Assembly: GCA_965213625.1 (NCBI GenBank)
Contig: CBDBZU010000004.1
Location: 2,528,001 to 2,592,000 of the forward strand
DNA from: a bacterium
GTDB lineage: Bacteria > UBA8248
DNA: 64,000 nucleotides
Direction: 5' to 3'
The notes under the pieces were generated by a model, which saw only the letters and a list, made by a program, of their open reading frames with translations, made no database searches and had not been told where the DNA came from. Of the stretch, positions 1-13,130 are shown piece after piece (within the stretch, counting starts at the first letter, position 1; the number at the start of each line of letters is the position of its first letter). Position numbers and translations under genes: made by a program.

Positions 1-2
1 CG

Positions 3-371
3 AATACGCCGGAAATATGTGTGCCGCTGGATGAAAAATATGTGCGTTTCAAGCCCAATGGTCCCTCTGTAGGATTTGAGAGCAAATGGGGGCCACAAAA
101 AGTTCCGCCAGGGCACCTGTTCATGCTGGGGGACAATCGAAACAATAGCCAAGACAGCCGTTTTTGGGGTTTTTTGAAAATGGGTGAGCAAGTGAATCAT
201 ATACCTGTCCGTTTTGCGGGTTATTCTTTTGGGTTGCCTTTCCCTTGTTCGTTATGGTCTGCGCCATGTTGGGACGATAAGATTCGTGGTTCCGCTTTCA
301 TGATTTACTGGTCCTGGAACGGAGATTCGGGTTCACCACGCTGGGGCAGGCTGGCAAGTTTTATCAGTTGA
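3..371 (+). CDS. lepB: Signal peptidase I, C-terminal part (5' end outside window)
   Basis: Box E motif GDNRNNSQDSRFWGF and terminal IYWSW...RWGR; the frame is open back to the window edge. Confidence 0.9.
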   Translation, partial: NTPEICVPLDEKYVRFKPNGPSVGFESKWGPQKVPPGHLFMLGDNRNNSQDSRFWGFLKMGEQVNHIPVRFAGYSFGLPFPCSLWSAPCWDDKIRGSAFMIYWSWNGDSGSPRWGRLASFIS

Positions 372-427
372 TTTTTTTAATGGGGTCACATCAATTCTGC
401 CACAACTAGTTTAAAAAATATCTGACC

Positions 428-1312
428 TCATATAGTTACCCATGGAGTGCAGAGCGTGCCTGAGCCTATTGGGCGCCAAACCCTCATGTCGGAATCTGGG
501 CCATATAATATCGTTGAGCGAGGTGCGTAAATAGAAGCGAGGTGTGAAACTCCGGAATCCCCTCCAAAATATGCGGAAGATTTTGAAAGAAGAGCACTTA
601 AAACTTTGGGCGTTATACCCTTGAAAACAGGAATAGAATCTCCTAACAGCCTCTGAAATTCCTCGCAAGCGACTGAATCCGCTGGTCCTTCAATCATGAC
701 GGGCCGCTGGGCTGTTTCATCTGCATGCCTTCGCACCATTGTTGCAAGAATTCGAGGGGGAACCCATTTGCTTTTTCCGCCGCCGCCTGGATGGATGATA
801 AATAAATCACCCTCTACCCCATATTTATTCAATATGTTATCAGCTACAATTAAACTCTCGCGTGAAGGATTGAGTGTGATTTCTTCGCTCATGGTAGCAT
901 TTAAAAACGACCAAGGACGCAACATCCACTCGCAAATGTGAATTTCTTCGGATAAAGGAGGAAAAGGCGGATGGATCTGGAATTTACCTAACCGATATAA
1001 GTTCAGTCGTTTAGCGAGTTCTCCTGAGTTATCAGAAGTATAGAATATGCACCTATCGTAGGGTCCGATGAGTTGAAATAACGCATCATTTTCCTGTGGT
1101 TGGTCGTGAAACAGAAGGTGGAAAGGGGCTGCTCCCCCATCGAGAATTTCGTGAATCAGCCCCGAGTCGAGTAGTGGGGCTGCATAATTTGGGTTTGCTG
1201 CCAGCGTAATGTGAACGTTTTCATAGATAGCTCGTAATTGTTTGAATAATAAAGCCAATAAGAGAGTGTCCCCGAATGCTCCCATTCGGTAAATTAAGAT
1301 TCTGGTTGCCAA
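428..1312 (-). CDS. Glycosyltransferase family 9 (heptosyltransferase-like)
   Basis: N-terminal RILIYRMGAFGDTLL, IHPGGGGKSKW and GGDSGVSHLAS motifs typical of GT9. Confidence 0.85.
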   Translation of the reverse strand: MATRILIYRMGAFGDTLLLALLFKQLRAIYENVHITLAANPNYAAPLLDSGLIHEILDGGAAPFHLLFHDQPQENDALFQLIGPYDRCIFYTSDNSGELAKRLNLYRLGKFQIHPPFPPLSEEIHICEWMLRPWSFLNATMSEEITLNPSRESLIVADNILNKYGVEGDLFIIHPGGGGKSKWVPPRILATMVRRHADETAQRPVMIEGPADSVACEEFQRLLGDSIPVFKGITPKVLSALLSKSSAYFGGDSGVSHLASIYAPRSTILYGPDSDMRVWRPIGSGTLCTPWVTI

Positions 1313-1315
1313 CGT

Positions 1316-2149
1316 TTACTTGTTACCCATGAATGATTCCAGGGCCCGGGAAATTCTTGCGAATTCATGAGCGTTCAGGGTCTCGGCTCGTCGACTTGGG
1401 GCAATTCCTGCTATTTGAAGAAAGTTCCGTAAAGCCTCCGAATTAGAGGAGGGTTCTTTCAATTTTTTTAACTCAAATAGATTCAGTGATTTGAGATTGT
1501 TGAGCAGCGTTTTTCTGCGGTGTGTGAATCCCGCTTGGATGATCCGGAAATAGAGATTTTCATCTTTCACCGCTACTTGAGGTTTCTCTCTCGCCTCTAG
1601 GCGGATAATTGCAGAATCGACCTTGGGCGGGGGCCGGAAAGCGCCAGGGGGCACCACCTGGCATAACCTCGCCTTGTAGCGATACCCTACCCAGATAGTG
1701 AGTGATCCATAGTCCTTGCCGCCTGGCGCAGCGCAAAGCCTCTCGCCCACTTCGCGTTGCACCATCAATACCATGAGAGGATATTTCTCAACCTTTTCAG
1801 TGAGTTGCGAGATTATCGCCGAAGCGACCTGGTAGGGTAAATTCGCCACCAGTTTCATCTTTTCAGGGAGGGCGGTGTAGTCGATATCGAGCGCGTCGCC
1901 GTGAATCAGATGAAATTTCTCGCGTTCATCCTCCATCTTCTTGAGCGCGGGGATGAGGGCGTCGTCGATCTCGATTCCGAAAACTTTTGCGCCGGCGTCT
2001 AAGAGATACCGCGTGAGGGCCCCTTCGCCCACGCCGATTTCGAGCACGTCCTCTCCCGGCGCAATATCTGCCAATTCAATGATATGCGAGAGATATCTCT
2101 TCTCGTGCAGGAAGTGTTGGCCGAGTTTTCGTCTTTTGCGTTGCGCCAT
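1316..2149 (-). CDS. rsmA: 16S rRNA adenine dimethyltransferase KsgA/RsmA
   Basis: LGQHFL, VLEIGVGEGALT, VANLPY, FRPPPKVDSA and RRKTLLN motifs. Confidence 0.97.
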   Translation of the reverse strand: MAQRKRRKLGQHFLHEKRYLSHIIELADIAPGEDVLEIGVGEGALTRYLLDAGAKVFGIEIDDALIPALKKMEDEREKFHLIHGDALDIDYTALPEKMKLVANLPYQVASAIISQLTEKVEKYPLMVLMVQREVGERLCAAPGGKDYGSLTIWVGYRYKARLCQVVPPGAFRPPPKVDSAIIRLEAREKPQVAVKDENLYFRIIQAGFTHRRKTLLNNLKSLNLFELKKLKEPSSNSEALRNFLQIAGIAPSRRAETLNAHEFARISRALESFMGNK

Positions 2150-2230
2150 GGCGAACCGCGTCTCGGGGGGAGGGTAACTGGTTGACTATGAACGAGTTAT
2201 ATGAGAGTATCCTTGTTGAAGCGCGCCTCA

Positions 2231-2283
2231 GTAATTCATCGGTAATTTATCGAAAAACCCCGTGAATTTATCTAAATTTATCG
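2231..2283. promoter_or_regulatory. Four phased AATT(T/C)ATC direct repeats in the divergent rsmA/icd intergenic region; candidate regulator binding array
   Basis: Copies start at 2233, 2244, 2265 and 2275 (spacings 11, 21, 10 bp). Confidence 0.4.
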
Positions 2284-2602
2284 AATTGTTCACCTTTACC
2301 GACAGGCATTGAGCCACCTGAAAATCACTCCCACCCTATCAGAATCGATCCTCGAGTTCCAACCGGATTTCGGTGCCTCCGGGCGATGAAAAATTCTTAT
2401 CCCCTGGGCTGGCATCGGAGCGGGGGACGTGATAAGGAGAGGGCGGTAAAGTTCGTTTTATTGAGTGACGAGCGTTTTGCCCCTGAAAATTCTTTCGGGG
2501 CCTGGTCGGCGAATTTTATCTTTGAGCGCAATTGTTTTTTCGTTTTATTCGCAATTTCGGCGACGTATTTTTTCGCATGACGAAACTTAAGGGGAGCATT
2601 GA

Positions 2603-4803
<2,201 letters not shown>

Positions 4804-4841
4804 GCGCGCTGCAACGAACAGCCGTGGGAGATGGACGTGCG

Positions 4842-5684
4842 ATGCGAACGATAGACGCAGGCGAGGTGACGGCCAGGATTCGCGAAATGTCCATCGAGTC
4901 GAACTACCATGTCGACCCCGCCTACGTGCGTAAGGTCGAAGAGGCGAAAGCGGGTGAAACCTCATCCTTGGGCCTCATGGTGCTCGACCAGATCACCGAG
5001 AACGCGGCCCTGGCGTCCGCCGAGCGCGTGCCCTATTGCCAGGACACGGGCATTTCCATCGTCTTCGCCGAGGTGGGTCAGGACGTCCGCATCGAGGGCG
5101 GGCTTCTGGAGGACGCCATCAACGAAGGGGTTCGCCAGGGCTACCGGGACGGCTATCTGCGCGGCTCGGTGGTGAACGACCCGATCCGCCGCGTGAACAC
5201 CAGAGACAACACGCCCGCCGTCATCCACTACCGCGTCGTCGAAGGCGATCGCCTGAAGCTCTATTTCGCCGCGAAAGGAACGGGGGCCGAAAACATGAGC
5301 ATGGCGCGCATGCTCAAGCCCTCGGATGGCCGCGAGGGAGTGATCCGGACGATAGTCGACCACGTTTTCAACTCGGGGGGAAACCCGTGTCCGCCGGTTC
5401 TGTTGGGTATCGGTCTGGGTGGCTCGATTGAAAAGGCGGCGCTTCAGGCGAAATGGGCTTTGTTTCGGGAACTGGGCGAGCCCAACCCCGATCCTCTCGT
5501 CGCTGAACTCGAAAAAGATATTCTGGAGGCGGTGAACAAGACCGGCGTCGGGCCGATGGGTATGGGCGGGGATACCACCTGCATCGCCGTTCACGTCGAA
5601 ACCTACGCCTGCCACATCGGAGCGCTGCCGATCTGCGTGAACGTGGAGTGCCACGCCCATCGCCACGCCGAGGTGGTCCTCTAA
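4842..5684 (+). CDS. Fe-S class I fumarate hydratase / tartrate dehydratase, alpha subunit
   Basis: PYCQDTG, KGTGAEN, GGNPCPP and CHAHRH motifs; TCA context favours fumarase; ATG at 4842 chosen as start. Confidence 0.9.
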   Translation: MRTIDAGEVTARIREMSIESNYHVDPAYVRKVEEAKAGETSSLGLMVLDQITENAALASAERVPYCQDTGISIVFAEVGQDVRIEGGLLEDAINEGVRQGYRDGYLRGSVVNDPIRRVNTRDNTPAVIHYRVVEGDRLKLYFAAKGTGAENMSMARMLKPSDGREGVIRTIVDHVFNSGGNPCPPVLLGIGLGGSIEKAALQAKWALFRELGEPNPDPLVAELEKDILEAVNKTGVGPMGMGGDTTCIAVHVETYACHIGALPICVNVECHAHRHAEVVL

Positions 5685-5685
5685 T

Positions 5686-6231
5686 ATGAAATTGATCGAC
5701 CTTCCGCTCGACCCCGGGGTTGTGGAATCCCTCTCGATGGGGGATATGTGCGAGTTGAGCGGCGTTCTCTATACGGCGCGGGACGCGGCCCACAAGCGGA
5801 TGCTCGAGGACGCGGCGCGCGGTGAAGCCCTGCCCATCGACGTGGCGGGCCAGGTGCTCTACTACGTGGGGCCGACGCCGCCCAAGCCGGGCGCCGTCAT
5901 CGGCTCGGCGGGACCCACGACGAGCGGCCGCATGGACGCCTATACGCCCAGGATGCTGGAACTCGGCCTCACCGGAATGATAGGCAAGGGGGGCAGGAGC
6001 CCGGCGGTGGTGGAGTCCATCGCCAGACACCGGGCCGTCTACTTCGCCGCCATCGGTGGAACGGCCGCCCTGCTGGCGAAGCGGATCAAGGAGGTCGAAC
6101 TCATCGCTTATGAGGATTTGGGGACCGAGGCGATTCGCAGGCTGGTAGTGGAGAGATTTCCGGTCGTGGTCGCCGTGGACTGCCGGGGAAAAGATATTTT
6201 CGCGGAAGGTTTCAAGGAATTCGCAAGGTAA
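5686..6231 (+). CDS. Fe-S class I fumarate hydratase, beta subunit
   Basis: TARDAAHKR, GSAGPTTSGRMD and MIGKG motifs; directly follows the alpha subunit. Confidence 0.9.
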   Translation: MKLIDLPLDPGVVESLSMGDMCELSGVLYTARDAAHKRMLEDAARGEALPIDVAGQVLYYVGPTPPKPGAVIGSAGPTTSGRMDAYTPRMLELGLTGMIGKGGRSPAVVESIARHRAVYFAAIGGTAALLAKRIKEVELIAYEDLGTEAIRRLVVERFPVVVAVDCRGKDIFAEGFKEFAR

Positions 6232-6353
6232 ATATCGCTCGCGCGTTTCAGGCTTCGTGTTTATGACGCGATTATTGGGAATTAAGAATGTGGTTTGACG
6301 TTAGGATTTCAGGTTCCGGATGCGAAAGGAAAATGTACTCACTCCCACTTGAA

Positions 6354-6636
6354 GGAGTTGCTGAAAAAGTCTTGATGAATGAGGGTTCGGTGCTACCGAC
6401 GAGAGGGAAAAAACAATCCCCTCTTATTTGATTTGCCACTCCGCCTCGGTTTGTAAAATCACTCCCCCCTTGAGGGGGTCGGGCTTCCCAAGGGGAAAGC
6501 CCGACAGAGGCCGAGCGGTTTGTGCGAAGGCCGATGTGGTGGTGGGACGATTCTCACTAAAATAAAAGCTCCCCCCACCGAGTCAGCCTTCACCTGTCGG
6601 TTCGGCTTCCTCGACTCCCCCTCAAGGGGGGAGTGA
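6354..6636. repeat. Palindromic MITE/REP-like element, copy 1
   Basis: Perfect 20-bp inverted repeat TCACTCCCCCCTTGAGGGGG (6459-6478) / CCCCCTCAAGGGGGGAGTGA (6617-6636); interior similar to copies 2 and 3; outer end GGAGTTGCTGAAAAAGTC at 6354. Confidence 0.85.
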
Positions 6637-6855
6637 ATTTCCCTTCTCCTTGGGTAGTAGTAATCCTCAAGAGGGGAGCGAGAAAACCCGAGTGGGGGAG
6701 AGTGGTTCTGGTAAAAGAATGATGAATTAAACTTGTCGCAGCTTTATCAATTGACGGGCGAAAAAGGGTTTGTAAACCGAAGGAATATGATTCACTTTTG
6801 TACGTAACGGTTCAGCGTTGAAATGTTTTCATCGCATTGATTCTGGAGGGGTTGG

Positions 6856-8016
6856 ATGAACATCCACGAGTACCAAGGCAAGGAATTGCTCGCGAAGTAC
6901 GGCGTGGCCGTCCCGAAGGGCGGGGTCGCCGAGACGGCGGACGAGGCCGAGCGCATCGCTGCGGATCTGGGCGGCACGGTTGTCGTCAAGGCGCAGATTC
7001 ACGCAGGCGGGCGCGGCAAGGGCGGCGGCGTCAAGCTGGCGGCGACGCTTGCGGAGGCGAAAGATGTTGCTTCGCAGATTCTCGGCATGACGCTGGTGAC
7101 GCACCAGACAGGGCCGGAGGGTCGTCTGGTCAAGAAGGTATGGGTGGAGGAGGCGAGCGACATCGAGCGCGAACTCTACCTCGGCATCGTGCTCGACCGC
7201 GCCACGGGCCGCCCTACCGTCATGGCCAGTACCGAGGGCGGGATGGACATCGAGGAGGTGGCCGCGAAAACGCCCGAAAAGCTCCTCAAGGTTCCAGTCG
7301 ATCCGGCGCTCTCCGTCTGGCCCTCGACCGCGCGGCGCGTCGTTTATGGCCTGGATTTGCCTGCCGACCTCGTTCGCGAGGGCGTCAAATTCGTCACGAA
7401 TCTTTACCGGTTTTATGACGAGATGGACGCTTCGCTCCTCGAGATCAACCCCCTGGTGCAGACGAAGGACGGCCGTATCCTGGCGCTCGACGCCAAGGTG
7501 AACTTCGACGACAACGCGCTCTACCGCCACGAGGAGGTGGCCGCGATGCGCGATGAGGACGAAGAAGACCCGCTCGAGGTCGAGGCCTCGAAGTTCAACC
7601 TCAACTACATCAAGCTCGACGGCTCGGTCGCCTGCATGGTGAACGGCGCCGGACTCGCCATGGCGACGATGGACATCATCAAGCTCGCGGGCGCTGCGCC
7701 CGCGAACTTTTTGGACGTCGGCGGCGGCGCGAGCAAGGAGATGGTCGAGAACGCCTTCCGCATCCTCATGGACGATCCGGACGTGAAGGCCGTCTTCATC
7801 AACATCTTCGGCGGCATCCTGCGCTGCGACATTCTGGCGGAGGGCGTCGTGGAGGCCGTCAAGACCGTGAACGTGAACGTGCCCATCATCATCCGCATGG
7901 AGGGGACGAACGTGGAGAAGGGCCGCGAGATCCTCGAAGGCTCGGGTCTCGATTTCACCGTAGGCAAAGGCATGGCCGATTCCGCCGAGAAGGTGGTCGC
8001 GGCCCTTAACCGCTAG
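6856..8016 (+). CDS. sucC: Succinyl-CoA synthetase, beta subunit
   Basis: [35 protein letters not shown] and [10 protein letters not shown] motifs. Confidence 0.98.
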   Translation: MNIHEYQGKELLAKYGVAVPKGGVAETADEAERIAADLGGTVVVKAQIHAGGRGKGGGVKLAATLAEAKDVASQILGMTLVTHQTGPEGRLVKKVWVEEASDIERELYLGIVLDRATGRPTVMASTEGGMDIEEVAAKTPEKLLKVPVDPALSVWPSTARRVVYGLDLPADLVREGVKFVTNLYRFYDEMDASLLEINPLVQTKDGRILALDAKVNFDDNALYRHEEVAAMRDEDEEDPLEVEASKFNLNYIKLDGSVACMVNGAGLAMATMDIIKLAGAAPANFLDVGGGASKEMVENAFRILMDDPDVKAVFINIFGGILRCDILAEGVVEAVKTVNVNVPIIIRMEGTNVEKGREILEGSGLDFTVGKGMADSAEKVVAALNR

Positions 8017-8027
8017 GGGGTCTGGTT

Positions 8028-8924
8028 TTGAGTATTCTTATCGACAAGGAAACGCGCATCCTCGTGCAGGGCATCACCGGGCGCGAGGGAGGCTTTCACG
8101 CCGGGCAGTGTCAAAAGTACAGCCGCGAGTTCGCGGGCGGCGGCGGCGCGGTGGTGGCCGGCGTGACGCCCGGCAAGGGCGGCCAGGAGGCGGACGGCGC
8201 GCCCGTGTTCAACACGGTGGCCGATGCGGTTCGCGAGACGGGCGCGAACGCCTCTCTCATATTCGTGCCGCCCCCCTTCGCGGCGGACGCCATCGTGGAG
8301 GCCGTGGATGCGGGTCTACCGCTCGTGGTATGCATCACGGAAGGCATTCCGGTGCGGGACATGGTGTATGTGAAACGCCACATGGAAGATAGCGGCGCCG
8401 TCCTCATCGGCCCCAACTGCCCGGGCGTCATCACCCCCGGTGGTTGCAAGATGGGCATCATGCCGGGCCATATTCACAAGGAAGGCACCATCGGCGTCAT
8501 CTCGAAGAGCGGCACGCTCACGTATGAAGTCGTCGCCCAGCTTACGGAACAGGGTCTGGGCCAGACCACCTGCGTGGGAATCGGCGGCGACCCCGTCATC
8601 GGCACGATGTATATCGATCTCTTGCGCATGTTCGAGGACGATCCTGCGACGGAGGCCATCATCGTGATCGGCGAGATCGGCGGCTCCGCCGAGCAGGACG
8701 CGGCGCGCTGGGCGAAGGAGAACGTCACGAAGCCGCTCGTGGGCTTCATCGCGGGCCAGACGGCTCCTCCGGGCCGGCGCATGGGCCACGCGGGCGCGAT
8801 CATCTCGGGCGGGGAGGGCACTGCGGCCGAGAAGATGCGGGTCATGGACGAATGCGGTATTCACGTCACCGAAAGCCCGGCCGAGATGGGTCTCACCATG
8901 GCCAAGGCGCTGGGCAGGGCATAA
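8028..8924 (+). CDS. sucD: Succinyl-CoA synthetase, alpha subunit
   Basis: QGITG, GPNCPG, SGTLTYE and RMGHAGA motifs. Confidence 0.98.
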   Translation: MSILIDKETRILVQGITGREGGFHAGQCQKYSREFAGGGGAVVAGVTPGKGGQEADGAPVFNTVADAVRETGANASLIFVPPPFAADAIVEAVDAGLPLVVCITEGIPVRDMVYVKRHMEDSGAVLIGPNCPGVITPGGCKMGIMPGHIHKEGTIGVISKSGTLTYEVVAQLTEQGLGQTTCVGIGGDPVIGTMYIDLLRMFEDDPATEAIIVIGEIGGSAEQDAARWAKENVTKPLVGFIAGQTAPPGRRMGHAGAIISGGEGTAAEKMRVMDECGIHVTESPAEMGLTMAKALGRA

Positions 8925-8951
8925 CGACACACACGGAAAGGGAAACAGCAC

Positions 8952-9374
8952 ATGGAACGCACGTTCGCAATGATTAAACCCGACGCCACCGCGCGCGGCT
9001 TAAGCGGCAGGATTCTCTCGCGCATCGAGGAGGAGGGTTTCCAGGTTCTGGGCATGAAGCTCGTCCACATGTCGAAAGCGCAGGCGGAGGGCTTTTACGC
9101 CGTTCACAGGGAGCGCCCCTTCTTCGGCGAACTCACGACGTTCATGTCTTCAGGTCGGACGGTGGTCCTGGCTCTCGAGCGCGAGGACGCCATCAGGCGC
9201 TGGCGCGACGTGATGGGCGCCACGAACCCTGCAGACGCCGATCCGGGAACGATTCGCGCGGAATTGGGCGAGAGCATCGAGCGAAACTCCACGCACGGCT
9301 CCGACGCGCCGGATACCGCCGCCTTCGAGTTGGGCTATTGGTTCCCGGGAGTGGAGCTGCCCGCGGACGAATAA
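8952..9374 (+). CDS. ndk: Nucleoside diphosphate kinase
   Basis: [14 protein letters not shown] and NSTHGSD (catalytic His) motifs. Confidence 0.98.
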   Translation: MERTFAMIKPDATARGLSGRILSRIEEEGFQVLGMKLVHMSKAQAEGFYAVHRERPFFGELTTFMSSGRTVVLALEREDAIRRWRDVMGATNPADADPGTIRAELGESIERNSTHGSDAPDTAAFELGYWFPGVELPADE

Positions 9375-9421
9375 AGAAAATTCACACATTCGTGTATGGA
9401 ATCAACGGGAGAAGTCATACT

Positions 9422-10195
9422 ATGCGTTTGAAGGATAAAGTCGCCATCGTCACCGGGGCGGGGCAGGGCATCGGAAAGGTCATCGCGCTTACGTTCGCGC
9501 GCGAGGGGGCGAAGGTCGTGCTTGCCGCGCGTTCGGTCGGGAATCTGGAGGAAACCGCCGCCGAGATGCCGGACGGCGCTTCCCTCGTCGTCCCTACGGA
9601 TCTCATGGACGAAGCCGCAATTAAAGCTCTCGTCGAGAAGACGCTCGCCGAGTTCGGCACAATCGACATTCTCGTAAACAACTCCGGCGTCGCCGGACCC
9701 ACGAAGGCGTGCGAGGACGTGACGCGCGAGGAGTGGGAGGAGTGTTTCGAGGTCAACGTCACGGGCGCGTTCCTGATGACCAAGCACGTCATCCCCACGT
9801 TGAAGAAAAACAGGTACGGGCGCATCATCAACATCAGTTCGATGAGCGGCAAGCGCCCGCTGCCGAACCGCACTCCGTATACGTCGTCCAAAATGGCGGT
9901 CATCGGGTTGACGCGCACCCTCGCGTTCGAGCTCGGCGAATACGGCGTGACGGTGAACGCGATCTGCCCCGGAGCCACCTCGGGCCCGCGCATCGACAGC
10001 GTCATCGAGAACATGGCGGAGAGTTTCGGCACATCCTTCGATGAGGCGAAGGCGACCTTCACCGCACCGGCGGCGCTCAAGACGCTCGTCGACGCGGAGG
10101 ATCACGCCGCCTTGTGCGTTTTCCTGGCTTCCGAGGAGGCCGCTCACATGACCGCCCAGGACATCAACGTGACGGGCGGGCTCATCTTTTACTAG
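9422..10195 (+). CDS. Short-chain dehydrogenase/reductase, substrate unknown
   Basis: [12 protein letters not shown] and YTSSK motifs; start placed at [10 protein letters not shown]. Confidence 0.92.
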   Translation: MRLKDKVAIVTGAGQGIGKVIALTFAREGAKVVLAARSVGNLEETAAEMPDGASLVVPTDLMDEAAIKALVEKTLAEFGTIDILVNNSGVAGPTKACEDVTREEWEECFEVNVTGAFLMTKHVIPTLKKNRYGRIINISSMSGKRPLPNRTPYTSSKMAVIGLTRTLAFELGEYGVTVNAICPGATSGPRIDSVIENMAESFGTSFDEAKATFTAPAALKTLVDAEDHAALCVFLASEEAAHMTAQDINVTGGLIFY

Positions 10196-10253
10196 CCCGC
10201 TCATCGCCTCGCCTTGGTGAGGCCCCGCGCGGCGGCGCGCGCCGGGAGAGCAC

Positions 10254-13118
10254 ATGTCGTCCCTGAACGGAAGAACGCGGCGGGAGAGGCAAATCCGGGT
10301 CCGGGGTGCGCGCGAGCACAACCTCAAGGACCTGAGCCTCGACATGCCGCGGGACAAGCTCATCGTCATCACGGGCCTGAGCGGCTCGGGCAAGAGTTCG
10401 CTCGCCTTCGACACCCTCTACGGTGAGGGCCAGCGCCGTTACATCGAATCCCTTTCCGCCTACGCGCGCCAGTTCATCGACCAGATCGGAAAGCCCGACG
10501 TCGATTCCATCGAGGGCCTCTCGCCCACCATCGCCATCGAACAGAAGACGGTGAGCAAGAACCCGCGCTCCACCGTCGGCACCGTGACGGAGATCTACGA
10601 TCACCTGAGGCTGCTCTACGCCCGCCTCGGCCTGCCGCACTGCCCCTCGTGCGGACAGTCCATGAACGCGCTCAACGTGGAGCAAATGGTGAGCCGCGCG
10701 ATGGGCTTGGGCAAAGGAAAAGAACTCGAGATCCTCGCTCCCATCGTGCGGGGCCGCAAGGGGATATACCGCAAGGAATTCGAGGACCTGGAGCGCAAGG
10801 GATACTTGAGAGTGCGGGTGGACGGGCGTTTTTTCCGCCTGGGCGAAGAGATATCCCTCAACCGTCACATGACGCACAACATCGAGGTGGTCGTGGATCA
10901 CGTCGTCCTGCGCGCAGGCGTGGAAAATCGCCTCGGTGAATCCATCGAGACGGCACTGGGTCTCGCGAAGGGGCTGGTGATTTTCCTTGAAGACAATGGC
11001 ACCGAGTATCTCTTCAGTGAGGAGTGCACCTGCGCGGAGTGCGGCGTGAACATCCCCGAGATGGCCCCGCGCATGTTCTCTTTCAACAGCCCCTACGGCG
11101 CATGTACGGAATGCAGCGGCCTGGGTGTGGTGCACCGCATGGATGAGGAGAAAATCGTCCCCGACCCCGGGCTCACGCTCGATGAGGGGGCAATCGCCCC
11201 CCTCTCGGGGAGCAAGAGCTTTCTGGCTTCTGCTTTGCGCGCGGTCATCGAGGCCGAAAAGATCCCGGTGGACAGGCCCTTTGCGAAACTCTCCAAGAGA
11301 CACAGGAACATCCTGTTCTACGGGAGCAAGGGCGGGAAGCTGAAAATCCGCCACAAGACGGGGAGGCGCACGCTCAGGCGCGAGCGCGTTTTCCCGGGCG
11401 TCATACCCGCTCTTGCTGAGCGTATAGAGAATACGTCGAGCGAGGGAATGCGGGCGGATTTGGAAAAATACATGAGCGTCATGCCGTGCGAGGCCTGTGC
11501 GGGTGGACGCCTGAAGCCCGAGAGCCTCGCCGTGACCTACGGCGGTAAAAGCATCGCCGAGGTCTCCGCCATGAGCATCAAGAATCTGCGCGCCTTTTTC
11601 GAAGAGCAAAACCGCGCGGATGGCGCCGACCTCGTTGCGGAACGCATTCTGAAGGAAATCATCGAGCGGCTCGAATTTCTCGAAAAGGTGGGTCTCAGCT
11701 ACCTCACGCTGGAACGTCCATCGGGTACGCTTGCGGGAGGCGAGGGGCAGCGTATCCGGCTGGCGAGCCAGATCGGCTCGAGCCTGGTGGGCGTCTTGTA
11801 CGTGCTCGATGAGCCGAGCATCGGCTTGCACCAGCGGGACAACCGCCGCCTTCTCGATACGCTGTGCCGCCTCCGCGACATGGGGAACACGATCATCGTC
11901 GTCGAACACGATCGCGAGACCATCGAATCGGCCGACTACGTGGTGGACTTGGGGCCAGGAGCGGGCGAGCACGGTGGATACCTCGTGGCATCCGGCGCAC
12001 CGGACGATATTCGCTCGAACGCCGCTTCGCTTACGGGGCGATACCTATCCGGCGAAGTCGATATTCCCCGACCCGAGCAGCGCCGCGCGCCTAGCGGGGA
12101 CTGCATTTCCATCCGGGGGGCGCGGCAGCACAATCTCAAGAACGTGGATGTCGATTTTCCGCTCGGCATGCTCATCTGCGTCACGGGCGTGAGCGGCAGC
12201 GGCAAGAGCACCCTGGTGGACGAGATTCTCTATCGCGCGCTATCGCGGCGTATCTACCGCTCGCTCGCCACGCCCGGCGCGCACGATTCCATCGAGGGCG
12301 TGGAACTCATCGACAAGGTCATCGCCATCGATCAATCGCCCATCGGGCGGACGCCGAGGAGCAACCCGGCCACCTACACGGGCGTTTTCTCCCCGATTCG
12401 CAACCTTTTCTCCCAGGTGCCCGAGGCCCGAAAGCGCGGCTATCTCGCCGGACGCTTCAGCTTCAACGTCAAGGGGGGACGCTGCGAGACCTGTCAGGGG
12501 GACGGCTACATTCGTCTCGAAATGCACTTCTTGCCCGATCTGTTCGTGCGCTGCTCGGAGTGCCAGGGCAGGCGCTTCAACCGCGACACGCTCGACGTCC
12601 GCTACAAAGGGCGGAACATCGCCGAAGTGCTGGAGATGACGGTGGATGATGCCCTGGCGTTTTTCGAGAACATCAACGCGGTGCGCTGGAAGATGAAGAC
12701 GATGCAGGACGTGGGTCTGGGCTACCTGCGCCTGGGCCAGCCGGCCACGACGCTGAGCGGCGGAGAGGCCCAGCGCATCAAGCTCTCGAGAGAACTCGCC
12801 AAGCGGGCCACCGGCAGGACGGTGTACATTCTCGACGAGCCGACCACGGGGCTTCACTTCGCCGACATCGAAAAGCTGCTGGACGTGCTGCACCGCCTCG
12901 TCGACCAGGGCAATACCGTGGTCGTCATCGAGCACAACATCGACGTCATCAAGGCGGTCGACCACATCATCGACCTGGGTCCGGAGGGAGGGGAGGAGGG
13001 CGGTTACCTGCTCGCCGAGGGCCCGCCCGAGCGAATCGCCGGAATCGAGACTTCCGCAACGGGCAATTCCCTGCGCGATGCGTTGAACGGCACGCTTTCG
13101 AACTCACAGCCCGCCTGA
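10254..13118 (+). CDS. uvrA: Excinuclease ABC subunit A
   Basis: Two ABC domains ([16 protein letters not shown]), zinc fingers and [11 protein letters not shown]. Confidence 0.98.
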   Translation: MSSLNGRTRRERQIRVRGAREHNLKDLSLDMPRDKLIVITGLSGSGKSSLAFDTLYGEGQRRYIESLSAYARQFIDQIGKPDVDSIEGLSPTIAIEQKTVSKNPRSTVGTVTEIYDHLRLLYARLGLPHCPSCGQSMNALNVEQMVSRAMGLGKGKELEILAPIVRGRKGIYRKEFEDLERKGYLRVRVDGRFFRLGEEISLNRHMTHNIEVVVDHVVLRAGVENRLGESIETALGLAKGLVIFLEDNGTEYLFSEECTCAECGVNIPEMAPRMFSFNSPYGACTECSGLGVVHRMDEEKIVPDPGLTLDEGAIAPLSGSKSFLASALRAVIEAEKIPVDRPFAKLSKRHRNILFYGSKGGKLKIRHKTGRRTLRRERVFPGVIPALAERIENTSSEGMRADLEKYMSVMPCEACAGGRLKPESLAVTYGGKSIAEVSAMSIKNLRAFFEEQNRADGADLVAERILKEIIERLEFLEKVGLSYLTLERPSGTLAGGEGQRIRLASQIGSSLVGVLYVLDEPSIGLHQRDNRRLLDTLCRLRDMGNTIIVVEHDRETIESADYVVDLGPGAGEHGGYLVASGAPDDIRSNAASLTGRYLSGEVDIPRPEQRRAPSGDCISIRGARQHNLKNVDVDFPLGMLICVTGVSGSGKSTLVDEILYRALSRRIYRSLATPGAHDSIEGVELIDKVIAIDQSPIGRTPRSNPATYTGVFSPIRNLFSQVPEARKRGYLAGRFSFNVKGGRCETCQGDGYIRLEMHFLPDLFVRCSECQGRRFNRDTLDVRYKGRNIAEVLEMTVDDALAFFENINAVRWKMKTMQDVGLGYLRLGQPATTLSGGEAQRIKLSRELAKRATGRTVYILDEPTTGLHFADIEKLLDVLHRLVDQGNTVVVIEHNIDVIKAVDHIIDLGPEGGEEGGYLLAEGPPERIAGIETSATGNSLRDALNGTLSNSQPA

Positions 13119-13130
13119 CCGTCTTCACCG

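Noticed and set aside
2321-2335. AAAATCACTCCCACC resembling one end of the palindromic element
   Set aside because: It is a single short match with no partner IR or interior sequence, so it may be chance.
10182-11972. 596-aa antisense ORF, and similar long shadow ORFs such as 28275-29741 and 13864-14943
   Set aside because: They lie opposite well-supported genes (uvrA, rpsA, trpE), are expected from high-GC3 codon usage, and carry no recognisable motifs.
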